Source of the DNA: Paraglomus brasilianum
Lineage: Eukaryota
NCBI GenBank assembly: GCA_910592345.1
Contig: CAJVPI010000149.1
Coordinates: 1 to 48,531 of the forward strand
Length of the DNA stretch: 48,531 nucleotides
Reading direction: 5' to 3'
How positions within the stretch are numbered: the stretch's first letter is position 1; each line of letters opens with the position of its first letter. The translations under genes and the position numbers were made by a program. The notes under the pieces are model-generated. The model saw nothing but the letters and a program-made list of their open reading frames with translations, was not told where the DNA came from and did not search any database. Shown here in pieces: positions 35,544 to 47,473 of this stretch.

Positions 35544-37078
35544 CTTAATAAAGGTTGAGTGGTGGGATAGAATAATATATTAGTAAGTTATTATTATAGT
35601 ATTAAAAATTTATTAATTCACGAAGTAAAGTATGTACAGGACAACGCTGCGCTGAACAAGAGCAAGTAGTATCGCATTCAACAAATTTACGCATCCAAGC
35701 AAATCTTTATAACCTTTCAGAAATAATAACATTGAACTGCTGTATCCGTAGTATCGCAGATTTTTAATAGACATTATTTGAACAGAGTGAATTGGGGCTA
35801 GTCATCGAAATGTTCATTCTTGACTCTTAAAATGATTTACATAAAACTGAAAATCAACCCTACAGGAAAGAATGGGTTTGATGCGTTCAGCGCGTGTATA
35901 ATCAGTCATACGAGTTAACTTGCGCGATACAAATAAATAATTAACAAACAAACAAACAAATGGATAAAAAGATATAGTCTTTCGCGCAAGTTTTTTTTTT
36001 TTTTTTTCGGAAATAAGCTGTACAGGATAACATCGCTCACTAATAGGTAAGTCATTGCATTTAGTGAGCTATCATTTTTATAGATCATCAAGCGATATTA
36101 TACGTACATTTTACTAAAGAAACTCAACGACTATTAAACCATTGAATATAGTATTGGGCGATTTTAATTCTGGTAAACACGTGTAATTGTATACGTTTTA
36201 TCACTGCAAGTTCTTTTACCACGTTTCATTTTTCCGTTTAAAGAGGAATCAGTTTTCAATGCAATCATTATGTATAATGTACCAGAAAACAACGGATCAT
36301 CATTTGCAATATCGTGAACTTTAATCATAATGCAGGGCTGTCGACTTTGTCATCAAATTACGTCCCCATCGACATGGAAAGTCTTGCTTTGATGTATTTA
36401 GCTAAAAATGGAAATTGAAAAGCTAATGTCTAACATACAGAATAAACAGCAAATTACGTTATCTATTATTAATACTTAGAATGCCTAAGAACGTTTGTAA
36501 TACAATTGTACTGATCATTATTGCATAAGCTATGGACACAGACGCTAAGATGCAAAGTGCAACAAGTATTAGTAGACAATCATAGAAATTGCAAACATCC
36601 TTTTCTTTACGTTCAAGACAAGCAAGCAGTCTACAGAATGGAGTGTCATTGTATATACTTACGTACGTACTAAATACCCATAAGTAGCCGATGTTGTCTT
36701 TACATCTTCAACCTGAAAATTAACCGTCGATCATGGGTTCTGAGAAAGGGACAACCAATCGGATATTTTATCATAAATGAAACTACCTAAAACGGGCGCA
36801 ATACACAACCATAAATTCATGATATGTGTGGAGTGGAAGGGTTCACAAAGTTAACTCTGAGCGAATGCGATATTATGTTATTCATTGCGTTTAATAATTG
36901 CATTTTTGTTGTGCTTGTGACATATGTCGAGTATTAGAGGCAAAGGGGCTACTATACTGGCGTTCATGTTCGTCTCTACAAATAACAAAATTTTAAAAAA
37001 AAAAACTTTGATGTTTAAAAGTATAGTAATAGAACATTTAGTAATTTGATAAACCGACATATATCTTTATAGCACCAC

Positions 37079-39799
37079 ATGTCTAGATATACACATACAC
37101 CGAAATCCTCCTTGGGAGGCATATCAGAAGAAGAGGATGTATTCTTCGAGGCAGAATCAGAAACGCCCCCTCTCCCAACATTACCAGTTATGCCGCCTTC
37201 GATAACACAGCCAATTCTCCGTTCCTCCTCTACTTCAGAGTCAACTCGACAAAGGTCACCGCAACCTCGCAAACATGTTCACAGCACGTCAATTGACTCA
37301 TCGGGAAGTTCCAAGTTCGAATCTATCTACATGACTCCGAGAGAGTCAGCTGCAAACCTTCCATTTTATCCAACAAAAACTGCATTGTTGCAAGCTAGTC
37401 AAAGCGAACTTTCACTTGCCACCTCGGACGTATCGTCCCAAAAACGAATACCCTTCAGCACAACTTTAATAGGTGAAACTTCCAAATCTCCAATCCCTCC
37501 CATGCCTTCACTCAATTCCATTTCAACAAAGCGAAACCTTTCTTCAGCCCGTGACTTCACATCACTAAAGGCTGCAGAAGAAGAACTCAAATCCATAACT
37601 GTTGGTTTTAAACAAGAGGACTGGCTATCGTCATCACTAGACTCAGAAGACAAACCCGATCACCGCACTACCATGCCTCCCCATTCGGAAGATGCAACTG
37701 TGAACAAATCATCAACTGACAATATATTTCAGTCTGATTCGGTTTTATTTCCATTGATCACTACGCCAAGCGGCGGCGTTATGCCTGACAGAGAAAGGAA
37801 GAGGAAAGACAAGAACGAGAACGAAGAGAAACATGGCAAAGACAGAAAATTATTTTTGTCTCCTGAAATTGAGGGTGAAATCGAAATAAAACCAATATCT
37901 TCGGGAAAGTCATCGAGAAGGGTGTCCAAAGATGATGCACATTCGCATGGATACGGAAACTCGAAAGTGAGTTCGAAAGTGAATTCGAGAGTGAGTTCGC
38001 GAAGGCCATCGGGGAAGTCGACTGAAGGCAGCTATATAGTTGTTCAAGTATCGACAAGAGTCAAGGTGTTATTGTTGATTGGGTGAGTAAGCCAAGCCTT
38101 TTTTCTTTTTTTTTTGGCACGTAAATTTGCGGTGGAGAGGAGTAGGGAAGGCAGCTAAATTCATGGATAGCATTTTTGATTAATACTTCTTTTGAATCCT
38201 GACTTCTTTCCGCTAGATTGTCAATCGTATTCTTTTTCGCTACGCTAGATCTAAATCTAATAGGGACAATGGTACCAACCATAATAAATGAATTTACGGC
38301 GGGAAGAGACATAGCATTGATAATTACGGCATACAATCTTCCAAGCGTACGTACTATTTACAATCTATTAATAATCATATTCATTGAATTTTCAATTCTC
38401 GTTTTTTTTTGTTCATTGATTAACCCACACCCGATTGCCTCGTTCATCACCTGTTTTCTCACAGACTATTCTTCAACCACTTTGCACCCCAATTTATAAA
38501 ATGTTCGGTAAGAAGCTAACTTACCTTGTATCCATAATTTTGTTTTCTCTCGGCTCGTTTGGTTCCGGCTCAGCAAGATCAATAACATGGTTAATCTCCG
38601 CCCGAGTGTTGGCAGGCTTCGGTGGTGGTATGATAATCCCATTAACATATGTAATCATTCACGATGCACTTCCTACTCAGCAACATAAGATGTTTAATGG
38701 GGTAATCAACGGAGTGTTTGCAGTAGGAGTAATACTGGGCCCAATAATTGGTGGCTTACTAGCAGAAAAATTTTCTTGGAGATGGGCATTTTATTCGACG
38801 GGGACTTTTTCGCTCGTGGGAATGTGTTTGTTGTCTTTTTCGATAAAAGTCCCTTCTGTAGAGGGAAATGTATTGGGAAAGTTGAGAAGAATAGATTGGA
38901 TCGGGATTTTCTTTTTGATGTCCACTATGATCTTATTCTGTGTTGGACTGTCATCAGGAGAGACATTTAGCGTAAAAGCGATTGCAATGCTGTCTGTAGC
39001 ACTTGTAACCGCAATTTGCTTCTGTGTTATCGAAGCCAAGTTTTCACAAAATCCTTTGCTTAGTGCTTCGCTCCTGAGAGAATATCCATTGAGAGCCGTG
39101 TTCGGATCGTTCTTCTTCTTGGGTTGGGTGCAAGTAGTGTTTATGTATTATTCACCCGTATTCTTTCAGTTTGTCGGGGGGAAAAGTGCAATAGAGTCTG
39201 CCATTGCATTGCTACCGTTTGTTGGAGGTGTTGTTCTAGCGTGGATGTTATCTGGATTAGTTGTATTGAGATATGGGTGGGGTAGAATGTTTATTGTTTT
39301 TGGTGGAATGCTGGTAATTGTAGGGTCGGTGCTGGTGTTGACGTTTACAGACGGTGAGATGTTAGTTAAGGAAATATTGAGTATGCTTTTTGCAGGTATT
39401 GGCATCGGTGTACTGTCAATGGTGCTTGCTGTTACCGGACAAGCATCATCATCTCTACCTGATCAGATTCACTCTAGTATATCAGCATTGAGTAATTTCT
39501 TTAGATGTACGGGGTTAGTGACGGGGATGATGGTATCTGGAGCAGTGTTTAACAATGATATACTGAAGAAAATTCCCAATCTGCCTACGGCCGAGGGAGC
39601 GCCGTTGTTCGAAGATGTGAACGATGTGTTATCGTTTGATTTCCTAAAGTCTGGGGAAGCTAAAGAAGAGATCATCGCAGTAATATTAGATGCAGTAAAG
39701 AGAGTCTTCGGCGTGTCTGTCATTATGGCAGCAGTGATTTTATTATTGTCGTTGTTTATAAGAGAGAATAGACCAAGGAGACCATCATTAAAGGCGTAA
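37079..39799 (+). CDS. MFS transporter, DHA2/14-TM drug:H+ antiporter-like, with a ~330-aa disordered N-terminus; ~822 aa; exons 37079-38082, 38217-38346, 38465-39799
   Basis: FFATLD..., FGKK..., ARVLAGFGGG, GPIIGGLL...SWRWAFY, RIDWIG, FFRCTG motifs. In-frame GT-AG introns. Confidence 0.88.
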
Positions 39800-40266
39800 G
39801 CAAACAAGGGGATCGGACAATTGTGAGATGGTGAGAGGTGAACGTATTGCGGATAATTAATCGAAGATGTAATAGATTATTGATTATTAATTAGTAGTGC
39901 TATGTCAAACAATTATTTAATGAAAATCAGCGATATTAGTAACTATGTATAAATATTATCGATCGACTGAGTTGGAATACTCACAAGATTCTTCTTTTAT
40001 CCTCTATATAATTTTCGTTTTAGATTTACGGTGTACTATTACTGTGTAACATTATCTTTGATGTATTAATAGAAGACGAACAGATACCACATCTGTACAA
40101 GAGATAATAAATGTAAAACTAACGATTAGAGACAAATAAAGATTATAAAGTCCATTATTATTGTTACAACTGTATATAACAACAAATTGATATCGAACAT
40201 CTTTACGTTCAGCCATAAAAAGCGCGAATCACTTATCAATTGATATCCACTCTCATACTTACACTC

Positions 40267-40609
40267 TCAACTTTTCTCCGCACTTCCACTCCCCTGCTCT
40301 ACAACACGCTTCCATCCTTCATATATCTCCGTAATAGTTACATAATTCTTTGTCATTGTTTCAAGATCCTTAACAAGTTCTTTCGTATATATATCTACAC
40401 TTTGAAGGCTAGCACGAAGTATGCGAAGAGTTTGAATATCCTTTTCACAAGTAAAGGACATCAGATAGACTTGGTTATTTTCACGCAAGATACTTCTTTT
40501 GCTCAAAGGTTCAGATATAAAAGTGAGACAAAAGGCAAAGTCATAAGAAAGGAAGTCACTCAAGGGTATCTCATACCTTTGGGATATTTTCTGGCGTAGT
40601 AGAGGACAT
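40267..40609 (-). CDS. Small coiled-coil protein, 68 aa, DASH/Dam1-complex subunit-like (Dad2/Duo1 pattern); exons 40577-40609, 40267-40440
   Basis: ATG...AAG|GTATGA donor and GAAAAG| acceptor give MSSTTPENIPKDIQTLRILRASLQSVDIYTKELVKDLETMTKNYVTITEIYEGWKRVVEQ. Heptad pattern and Trp spacing resemble DASH subunits. Confidence 0.55.
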
Positions 40610-40744
40610 CGTTAATATCTTCTTGAATTTTAATAGTAATAGTATTAGTGTTAAATACGGTTCGTGTAACTGATTCACGGTTGATTTATCACGTGAATTA
40701 TGTATTACCCGCTTGCAAATACTTTTTCGTCCCTTATCGTTCGA

Positions 40745-41212
40745 AGTAAGTCACATACCAAGTACTGTAAACATTACGAAGTCTTTGTTGTTTGATTATC
40801 ATCTCTGTTGCGCTTATGCTCACATTATGTTCAAACAGTGGCCTCAGGATACGGATACAACGGTGGTAAAAGCAGGTGTTTTACCTTCTGGCAAGAACTG
40901 CGAAAATGCTATGCTATGGCAGACCATCCCACACAATGCGTACTGCAGTCTGAGGATTATCTTGAATGTTTACATAATACTAAAGAGGTAAGTGGATAAA
41001 ATAAGGATAAAGTGTTGTTGATAATTGAACAATATTAATAAATTCTTGTTGTGTCATGTGTCCAGTTGGCGAGAGCAAGGCGCATCAGAGCTGAAATACT
41101 AAAAAAGTCGGGACAACGCAAGAAAAAGGAAGCTACATTGCGTAAGACTAGCCAAGCTGCGTTGGATAGTAAAGTCATGCGATTGGGTATAATTACTAAC
41201 AAGAATGACTGA
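40745..41212 (+). CDS. NDUFS5: Complex I 15-kDa subunit (NDUFS5/NIPM, twin CX9C), 98 aa; exons 40745 (the A of ATG), 40839-40987, 41066-41212
   Basis: MASGYGYNGGKSRCFTFWQE..KC...C....EDYLECLH..KE matches the fungal NDUFS5 consensus. The start codon is formed across the intron GTAAGT...ACAG. Confidence 0.9.
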
Positions 41213-43316
41213 GAAGAAGAATAGGTATTAACAAACAGATGCTTAATAAAACACAGTATCCGCATATTTCTGCTTTACTTATTAACACTTGACGTTTTTT
41301 AGTCAATCTAATTAAATTCGCTTACCGAATATTTCTTTATTGAGCAAGATTTCGAAAAGAATCAGGCCCCTGAATGCTAACGTTGTTGTTGTTTTTCTTA
41401 TTAGCCATATCTGTGTCCTTTGAAAGCTAGTTGTGCTATTTACTTGACAAAATTGAGAACAGAATAAGTTACTGTATTTTTCACAACTGTACCGAGCTTA
41501 CTTATGCTTGAGGAGTTATTGCCGCAAACATGACATTGCCAACACGTTACAGTATAGCCGAATCGCAACTGCTTATACTATTGAATTACAATTAAGGAAG
41601 GTTGGTGTTAGTATTAACATCTACGATAGTTATGGTTATAGCGTCATGTAACGTTGGAGCCGTCGCGGAATATCGTTTTTGATATTCAAAAAAAGGATTA
41701 TAAATATACACTCACAAGTTTTAAAATAAAAACTTATTTTTTATAGCAGTACTGCTCTTTATATAATCATAATCAGAAGCTTTCGTCAAAAAGCAAACGC
41801 ATAGAAATTGTTATTGTTTCTATTACTATGCCTATATTAATATTTGTACCTTTACCAGATACTGTTAGAAAGAGTGTGCTGTATGTATGAACTATTTGCA
41901 GACTGACTTAACTATTTATATTTGGACACTGCAATCGTATAAAACTTGTGAATTTGAAAATGTTCCCAGCTTTTTGAATATTAAAGTTGATTGAAAATTT
42001 CTTAGATAAGCATGTTTTCACTGAATGTCAAGTATAAGTGTATTGTGCATTAATATTAACGCCATTTGTGGCTCACCTTTTTTAACAACCCACAAAGAAT
42101 TTAATAAAAATTATTTAATTAAAGGTAATAGGAGAAATTAAAAATTTGCAGCTTTTAATTTTGATCAATTAAGGCTATTGTTAAAAATAGGGTGAAAAAA
42201 CAAAGCCTTAAACTATAGTAAATTAGAGGCATTTACAATTGAGAAATGTAATGTCATTCCTTAAGAAATTTAGTAAAGTCAATGTGAGCATTGAAGCAAG
42301 TATTGAAAGAAATGGTGAATGGATCTCATTTGATTAATATCAATAAAATCTATAACTTTTTTAGCTTAAAATGAGGTATCTTAAATACAACTGTTGTGCC
42401 ATACTAATACTGATAAATATTAACTTTGTAACATGTGTACAAAAAAATCAATATTTTTAATGCTGCTTTTTTTTCTTACAATAATATTGATAATGGCTAC
42501 AGAATTAACCTTGTGTTGATTAGCATCAAAAGTGCAATATTTGTTTACCAAATTGGCTGACTAGATTTATTGATGTTGGTACAAAATAACATTCATTATC
42601 TACAAAAAATATGCTGTATACTGCATTCTTATTTATTATTATACAAGAAGACATCAACGCCACGTAAATGCGTTTAAGTCCTCTACAAACGTATGCATAC
42701 ACAACAATATATAATTAAGAGGCATATATAATGTATATTATCATACTGCGACATACTCTATGTCACATATAATAATACAGTATATTTCAATTTTCAAAGC
42801 GCTGTAGAATTCCGGCTGCATCCAGAGTTGTGTAATTTATTTTATTCTATTATATTGATAAACCGTGAAGAGCGTCGTACGTAAGTTTCTTCATAGTATC
42901 ATATAACGTCTGGCGGGCATCCTATTATATGTATCAAACGATAAAGACTGGGCTTTCATTAACTGCAGAGTTGAGTCAACCAGGAATTAAAGCTGATTAT
43001 GACATTTTATTTTCAAACATATACAAAACGCGAGCTATGCCCACGAACTGATATAATGTTATGATTTGGATCAGCAATTTTGATCGTTTTCAGAGTCATA
43101 GTAATAGTGGGCATTTGGTTCTATACTTATGGAATAACTGATAGAATATAGTTCATGTTAATGATTCATTCCCTGGTAACTTATCGGTATAGCTGAGAAA
43201 CCGCTAATCCCTTATATCGATGAAGAATATTCGCCTCTTGTCCCGCGATTATTCGAGTGGCAAATTACGATAATTAATTGTTATGTAGATGCGCATTATT
43301 ATAATTTATACACCAT

Positions 43317-43541
43317 TGTACCCCAGACGGGAGACTATCGACTTTATCCCACGATAGTAACCGATAGACATACTCGAGTACAATTAATATATCCAGGATT
43401 AGCGTACGACGGGAAGGTTTTCGTAAGTGAAAAGCCTTGAATCAACGAGATCCCAGAAATTTAACTAGAATAGGAGGCGCCACATTCCGTCGAGACTAGC
43501 TAAATCCCAAGTGTCGATTACTATCTGCTCTCGGCACGACA
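43317..43541. mobile_element. LTR-like fragment (TG...CA), same family as 72-225
   Basis: The 3' ~80 bp is homologous to 137-227. Begins TGTA and ends CGACA; no TSD seen. Confidence 0.5.
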
Positions 43542-43645
43542 CTGGAAATGAATTGTGCAAGAGAAACTATGGTCAATTGATTTAAAATTTTAATCAACGC
43601 AATTATCAAATTAATGCCCTATTTAAACACACATGTAGATTATAC

Positions 43646-44128
43646 ATGAATGATAAAACTAATGAATCTAATAGTTCCACTGAATGTAAAAAAGCCATAT
43701 ATTTCTTGGAGATAGGTTGCAATTATGGTTGTTCAAAAAGATTTCGAGAGAAAAGTTTGCTGAATTACGTGAGGCGCTTCAAGCTCTCTCTAGATCTGAG
43801 CAAGATATATTTCTAATGATGTAGTTGAAAACGATAAATGGTGGGGAGATAACTACCAGTCGACGTCTTAAAAAAAACACGTACTAATAAACCAATTTTT
43901 TTATTATTGAGATCGCAATGCGCCACTTTGTCAGAAAACGTATCTCAATATATTAGGAATTGGCCGCACTCATTTGGAAAACGTCAGAAATCATCTAGCA
44001 ACGAATGGCATAATACCACGCGTTCATGGGAACATAAAACAAATGCCGCTATGGAAGACCAAGGTAACCATCGATAAAAACGTTGCAACGACCGGGAAGA
44101 ATTTCTCGAAAACTATGCTGAAATTCAT
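43646..44128 (+). mobile_element. Degenerate N-terminal remnant of a DNA-transposon-associated protein (DUF7869-like family)
   Basis: EKFAELREALQALSRSEQDIFLM...LCQKTYLNILGIG...RVHGNIKQMP.WKTKV.ID...KNFLENYAEIH, with stops and frameshifts. Family recognised from memory. Confidence 0.5.
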
Positions 44129-44481
44129 ATGGAGAATATTAATTACTACAGTAACTTGTCGAGCTGTGATGCAAATAGAAAGACATGTGCAAAGTATTGT
44201 ACGGTCTAAATTTAACTGATTTAATAAAATTGTTAATATGGAACCGCCCATGTGATTTTATACCATTTTTGCCCATATGTTACCTAATGGATTGTTTTGA
44301 TTCAATCTTTTACGGCTTTGTTTGAAATCTCTATCATGTTCAATTTTTCGCGTAATGGGTCTTGGTAAAAATTAACTTCTGCACAAAAGAAAGCATTATT
44401 GCAACCAAAAATTAGGCATAATAAGACCGAAATTGCAAAAGATGTAGGATTCATCAAACAACAATTACAAAATATCTTGCA

Positions 44482-44956
44482 GCGTCTGATCACCGCATGG
44501 CATCGACGTCCTACATATTACTCGACAAACTTCTTAAACAATCACTACCCAATTTCAAAGGCCTCATCTCTCCTCTCGCTTGTCCTAATAATCACGACTC
44601 GAAAGCCGACATTATCACCAAACTTTAGAAATTTCCTGCAACGAACCGTTCGATTGCTATTCTGTCTTGATTTCATTATTCTAAATCCGATCGCATTGCT
44701 CCGATAGTATGTGTCCCTGAAGTTGGATATGTACTCACCAGGACCAAGTTCTGGAATGGAGTCGTGAGTAACGTACCCACGGATTTGATAATTTGGCAGA
44801 GCGATATTTATGGCTCAGGTCTGACATTTGAGCAGTACAAGCAAAGACGGGGCAAGGAAATGTTATCGAAACGTTGAAAAGTACAATATTATGCCAAAGA
44901 TTTTGGATTGGGCACCGGCAGCGAATAACGGAACTGTTGGGAGTATTATTGGCTAA
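44482..44956 (+). pseudogene. Decayed nucleotide pyrophosphatase/phosphodiesterase (NPP1/ENPP family), C-terminal half
   Basis: SDH(R)MAST, FHYSKSDRIAPIVCVPEVGY, THGFDNL, RAIFMAQ, NVE.YNIMPKILD.APAANNGT motifs, broken by stops, frameshifts and deletions. Confidence 0.75.
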
Positions 44957-45786
44957 GAAATGTGTTCTTTCAATGACTGAATATACACAAAAGAATTTGT
45001 TGTCCAAAATTTAACTCATTGTTCGGTCTCGTCAATTAACCGTTGTTCAATGATCTTTTTCTTCTAACGTTTATCGGAAATATGGGTGGGGATTCGGATT
45101 GAATTGAAGACTATTATTATTATGCACGTTTACTTTCGAAGCAACGCTAGAAATTAACTCAAAAAATTTCGTATACCGCTAGAACATTGTAGATAGCGTG
45201 CGTGCTTTATATTACATTTGCCGATCTTATTCTGAGAATTACACGTACTTTCCATAATAATCGTCAAATAATAGTAGCTGATGCTGGACAAATAGTTTTC
45301 TATACTGTGCTTTAAAGCTACGGATTATCTCAGCATCAGATCGAAGTTGAATCAGGAGGTAAAAATTTAACAGTTATATTAGTTGCCTCATTTCCAGGAA
45401 TAATTTTATGCACTGACGTATTATCTAAGAGAGAATAATATGTCGGTTCATCAAACCATCTTGGCCAGTCGTCAAATATTGATACCTATTTTGAAATTAA
45501 ATTTAATACCTGATGTCGACAATGTATGCATTTATCATTAGTGAACTTACTTGCATATGCGCCTTAATATTGTACTGGAAGCAAGGCTTTATTGACATGA
45601 CGAAGAGGGAATGGCGTTCGGTATTTATTTATAAATACTGGGGCAACTTATCTGCTCCAGAAGCATGCATTGCTAATAGAATAGAGACTTTGCCCTTATT
45701 TTTTTTATGGCCGCTAATTTGGCAATCAGATAATACTCTTGAAGGCTCCATGGCCCAGAAAAGCCCTGTCTCATCAGCGTTATATA

Positions 45787-46240
45787 CAGTATGTTGTATG
45801 TAAATCCCATCACTATGTAAATGCGGTTTGGGGGACCCTACGGAGTGGTCTTTGGACCAGGCGAGAAAAATTATTCACTGGACGGGTTTTACGTAATATA
45901 AATGCGGTTTTTAGGGACCCAAACGGGATTTACTTAGTGACGGAATTTACATACGACATATACATCATCTAGGTTATATCATTTTCTATACATTCCGCTG
46001 GGGATGCACTGGCCGCTATTCACCGTGCCGATGTTTAGACAACCACCCATCAGTGCCTATAAAATCCTTTATTCCTAAACGCTCTGCATAGACACAAGCT
46101 TTGGCAATAATCGCGTCCCCGGTGAGTGGAAAATTGTGTTCAATTATTGTCGTTGTCCATAGCCATAACGCTTGTTCCAATTTTGGCCATTTCGAAGGTT
46201 TATTTTTCAAGTGTAGAAGTCTCGTTAATGTCAATAGCTA
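45787..46240 (-). mobile_element. pogo/Tigger-type remnant: CENP-B/Tc5 HTH fragment plus a terminal repeat structure
   Basis: KWPKLEQALWLW...PLTGDAIIAKA...FIGTDGWLSK. TA|CAGT end at 45787, with a 33-bp imperfect inverted repeat at 45790-45822 and 45928-45960. Confidence 0.75.
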
Positions 46241-46497
46241 ACCTTTTTTCTGAAAGACAAGAATGGGACATGGAATAGTTTATTATGATAATATCATCAC
46301 AGAGGAGATAATAGAAGATTTCTTTAAATCACACTGAAACATTAGCTTCAAAATGTTCTAAATGTGAAGTGAGGTTATCAACCAACTCACTGAACGAAGG
46401 AAAGAATATGAAAAGAAAATTAAAGCTTTAGAGGAGCATAACAAATGATTACAAAGAGAACTTAAAGAGGCTTGGGGGGTGAAGGTCAAGCTCATAT

Positions 46498-47473
46498 TGT
46501 TACGGCAAGCTGATCTGATGAATCAGATAAGTAAGTCACATGGTAAAATCTTCCATGATCGACATCGAACTTAGTTCAGTAATACAAAAGTTAAAATTAA
46601 ATAATGGCGTTTCGAAAATTCTGCGACAGGCGCAACGTTTCATTTTCCTGCGACAGGCAGTAATAGCAAAAGCGTTTCGAAAATCTGCGACAGCACAAAT
46701 GCCATAATTAATTTATACTTTATTCAATTGATCTTCATAGAATTAGTAGTCTAAAAGCGTTTCACTTTTTCTGCGACGCTAAAATATTATAAGTAGCTCA
46801 ATTTCCATTGCCAAAAGATCATGTTGTAATGTTGTGTGAACATCGAACGTGAAAGTTGTTATTCAAATAAAAATAATAATACTATTGATCTTAATAGTAT
46901 TCTCCCGAAATTCTTTATTATAATTATACATAATTAATATTCTATCGTCAAATAATTGATTATTAGACCGGACACTCCAATAAACGGCTCACTTAAGCTG
47001 TAACGGAATATCATTGATTTGATCAAGCTAATAAGCTGTTCGCGGATCAATTACGTGAATAACGGAACGAGAGTTTATGATTAATTATCGAGACGAATAC
47101 TGTTTAATTAGACAAGTGACGGATACCGACTAGTCGACAAACAAATCGAAGATAGTAATAGCCCTGTTTAATTTAAAATAGTATTATTCCCCTTCGATTC
47201 TTTAATAGAATAATTGTCGTTATTATTCTATTAGAGTATCCTTATTTGTATTTTTGTATTCACGAGTGTTTGAAACTCGGATAGGGAGTGAGAAACGCGC
47301 ATAATTAAAATAGGTCACTTGAGGCTTAATTCAGTTTTAATTGTACAACTATAGTAGTAAGGGCGATAGTACGAGCTAAGCCTGGTAACATCCCCCGGTC
47401 GGCGAACACACCTACGCGCGAAGGATAAAATTATTGCCCTCCCAAAACCCCCATTTAATTCCCGATCGTAACA
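46498..47473 (+). mobile_element. Solo LTR (976 bp), same family as 24685-25576, flanks not matching (ATAT / CTAA)
   Basis: TGTTACG...CGTAACA ends. Shared blocks AAGTCACATGGTAAAATCTTCC, GACAAGTGACGGA.ACCGACTAGTCGA and CTGGTAACATCCCCCGGTCGG. Confidence 0.85.

Noticed and set aside
35933..36007. (AAAC)n tract and poly-T run
   Set aside because: Ordinary simple sequence, with no evidence of a retroposon tail or TSD.
46607..46777. Short repeats with variable spacers, superficially CRISPR-like
   Set aside because: The repeats are degenerate, irregularly spaced and inside an LTR in a eukaryotic genome, with no cas genes.
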